Positions 62,745 to 64,000 of a stretch of 64,000 nucleotides of DNA are shown piece by piece (positions within the stretch are counted from its first letter, which is position 1; each line of letters starts with the position of its first letter). The position numbers and the translations under genes were made by a program. The stretch spans positions 2,656,201 through 2,720,200 of the forward strand of contig NC_092670.1 of assembly GCF_964355755.1 (NCBI RefSeq). Direction: 5' to 3'. This DNA is from Antedon mediterranea (taxonomy: Eukaryota > Animalia > Echinodermata). The notes beneath the pieces were generated by a model, which worked only from the letters and a program-made list of their open reading frames with translations, was not told where the DNA came from and made no database searches.

Positions 62745-64000
62745 TACACCTTGAGAGTTTCTGGTTTAAACCATGGGCAGACTTGCCTCCAAAGAAGTAC
62801 TAGTTACTAATATACCTTGAGAGTTTCTGGTTTAAACCATGAGCAGACTTACCTCCAAAGAAGTACTATTCACTAATATACCTTGAGAGTTTCTGGTTTA
62901 AACTATGGACAGACTTGCCTCCAAAGAAGTACTAGTTACTAATATACCTTGAGAGTTTCTGGTTTAAACCATGGACAGACTTACCTCCAAAGAAGTACTA
63001 TTCACTAATATACCTTGAGAGTTTCTGGTTTAAACCATGGGCAGACTTGCCTCCAAAGAAGTACTAGTTACTAATATACCTTGAGAGTTTCTGGTTTAAA
63101 CCATGGACAGACTTACCTCCAAAGAAGTACTATTCACTAATATACCTTGAGAGTTTCTGGTTTAAACCATGGGCAGACTTGCCTCCAAAGAAGTACTAGT
63201 TACTAATATACCTTGAGAGTTTCTGGTTTAAACCATGGACAGACTTGCCTCCAAAGAAGTACTAGTTACTAATATACCTTGAGAGTTTCTGGTTTAAACC
63301 ATGGACAGACTTACCTCCAAAAAAGTACTATTCACTAATATACCTTGAGAGTTTCTGGTTTAAACCATGGGCAGACATGCCTCCAAAGAAGTACTAGTTA
63401 CTAATATACCTTGAGAGTTTCTGGTTTAAACCATGGACAGACTTGCCTCCAAAGAAGTACTATTCACTAATATACCTTGAGAGTTTCTGGTTTAAACCAT
63501 GGACAGACTTGCCTCCAAAGAAGTACTAGTTACTAATACACCTTGAGAGTTTCTGGTTTAAACCATGGACAGACTTGCCTCCAAAGAAGTACTAGTTACT
63601 AATATACCTTGAGAGTTTCTGGTTTAAACCATGAGCAGACTTGCCTCCAAAGAAGTACTAGTTACTAATATACCTTGAGAGTTTCTGGTTTAAACCATGA
63701 GCAGACTTGCCTCCAAAGAAGTACTAGTTACTAATATACCTTGAGAGTTTCTGGTTTAAACCATGAGCAGACTTGCCTCCAAAGAAGTACTAGTTACTAA
63801 TATACCTTGCGAGTTTCTGGTTTAAACCATGGACAGACTTACCTCCAAAGAAGTACTAGTTACTAATACACCTTGAGAGTTTCTGGTTTAAACCATGAGC
63901 AGACTTGCCTCCAAAGAAGTACTAGTTACTAATATACCTTGAGAGTTTCTGGTTTAAACCATGAGCAGACTTGCCTCCAAAGAAGTACTAGTTACTAATA
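62745..64000. repeat. 66 bp tandem satellite, about 19 copies, running off the window end
   Basis: Unit CCTTGAGAGTTTCTGGTTTAAACCATGGRCAGACTTRCCTCCAAAGAAGTACTAGTTACTAATATA. Confidence 0.97.

Noticed and set aside
59806-64000. Regular repeat arrays resembling CRISPR
   Set aside because: Head-to-tail units with no unique spacers, no cas genes, eukaryotic context.

Overview
Eukaryotic, AT-rich, intron- and transposon-rich DNA, probably from a marine invertebrate such as an echinoderm (taxon is inference only). The main content is one minus-strand gene that I reconstructed by hand as at least 31 phase-compatible exons (37890 down to 6230, about 2370 aa, 3' end unresolved). Its predicted architecture is DED-like pair, NACHT, 2 LRRs, ROC GTPase, COR, Death domain, ZU5 (intact HFS autoproteolysis motif), UPA, DED-like pair, basic RS-like tail: an NLR, a ROCO protein and a PIDD/NLRP1-type ZU5-UPA module fused via phase-1 introns. 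Around it lie a degraded Penelope-like element with a hammerhead-like motif, split by a Harbinger-type insertion; a 15.8 kb nest of DNA transposons containing a young Ty3/Gypsy element with an HHDD RT site; many MITE/Helentron-type repeats; TACWGTA excision-type footprints; and two satellites. Domain calls come from motif recognition, not database searches.
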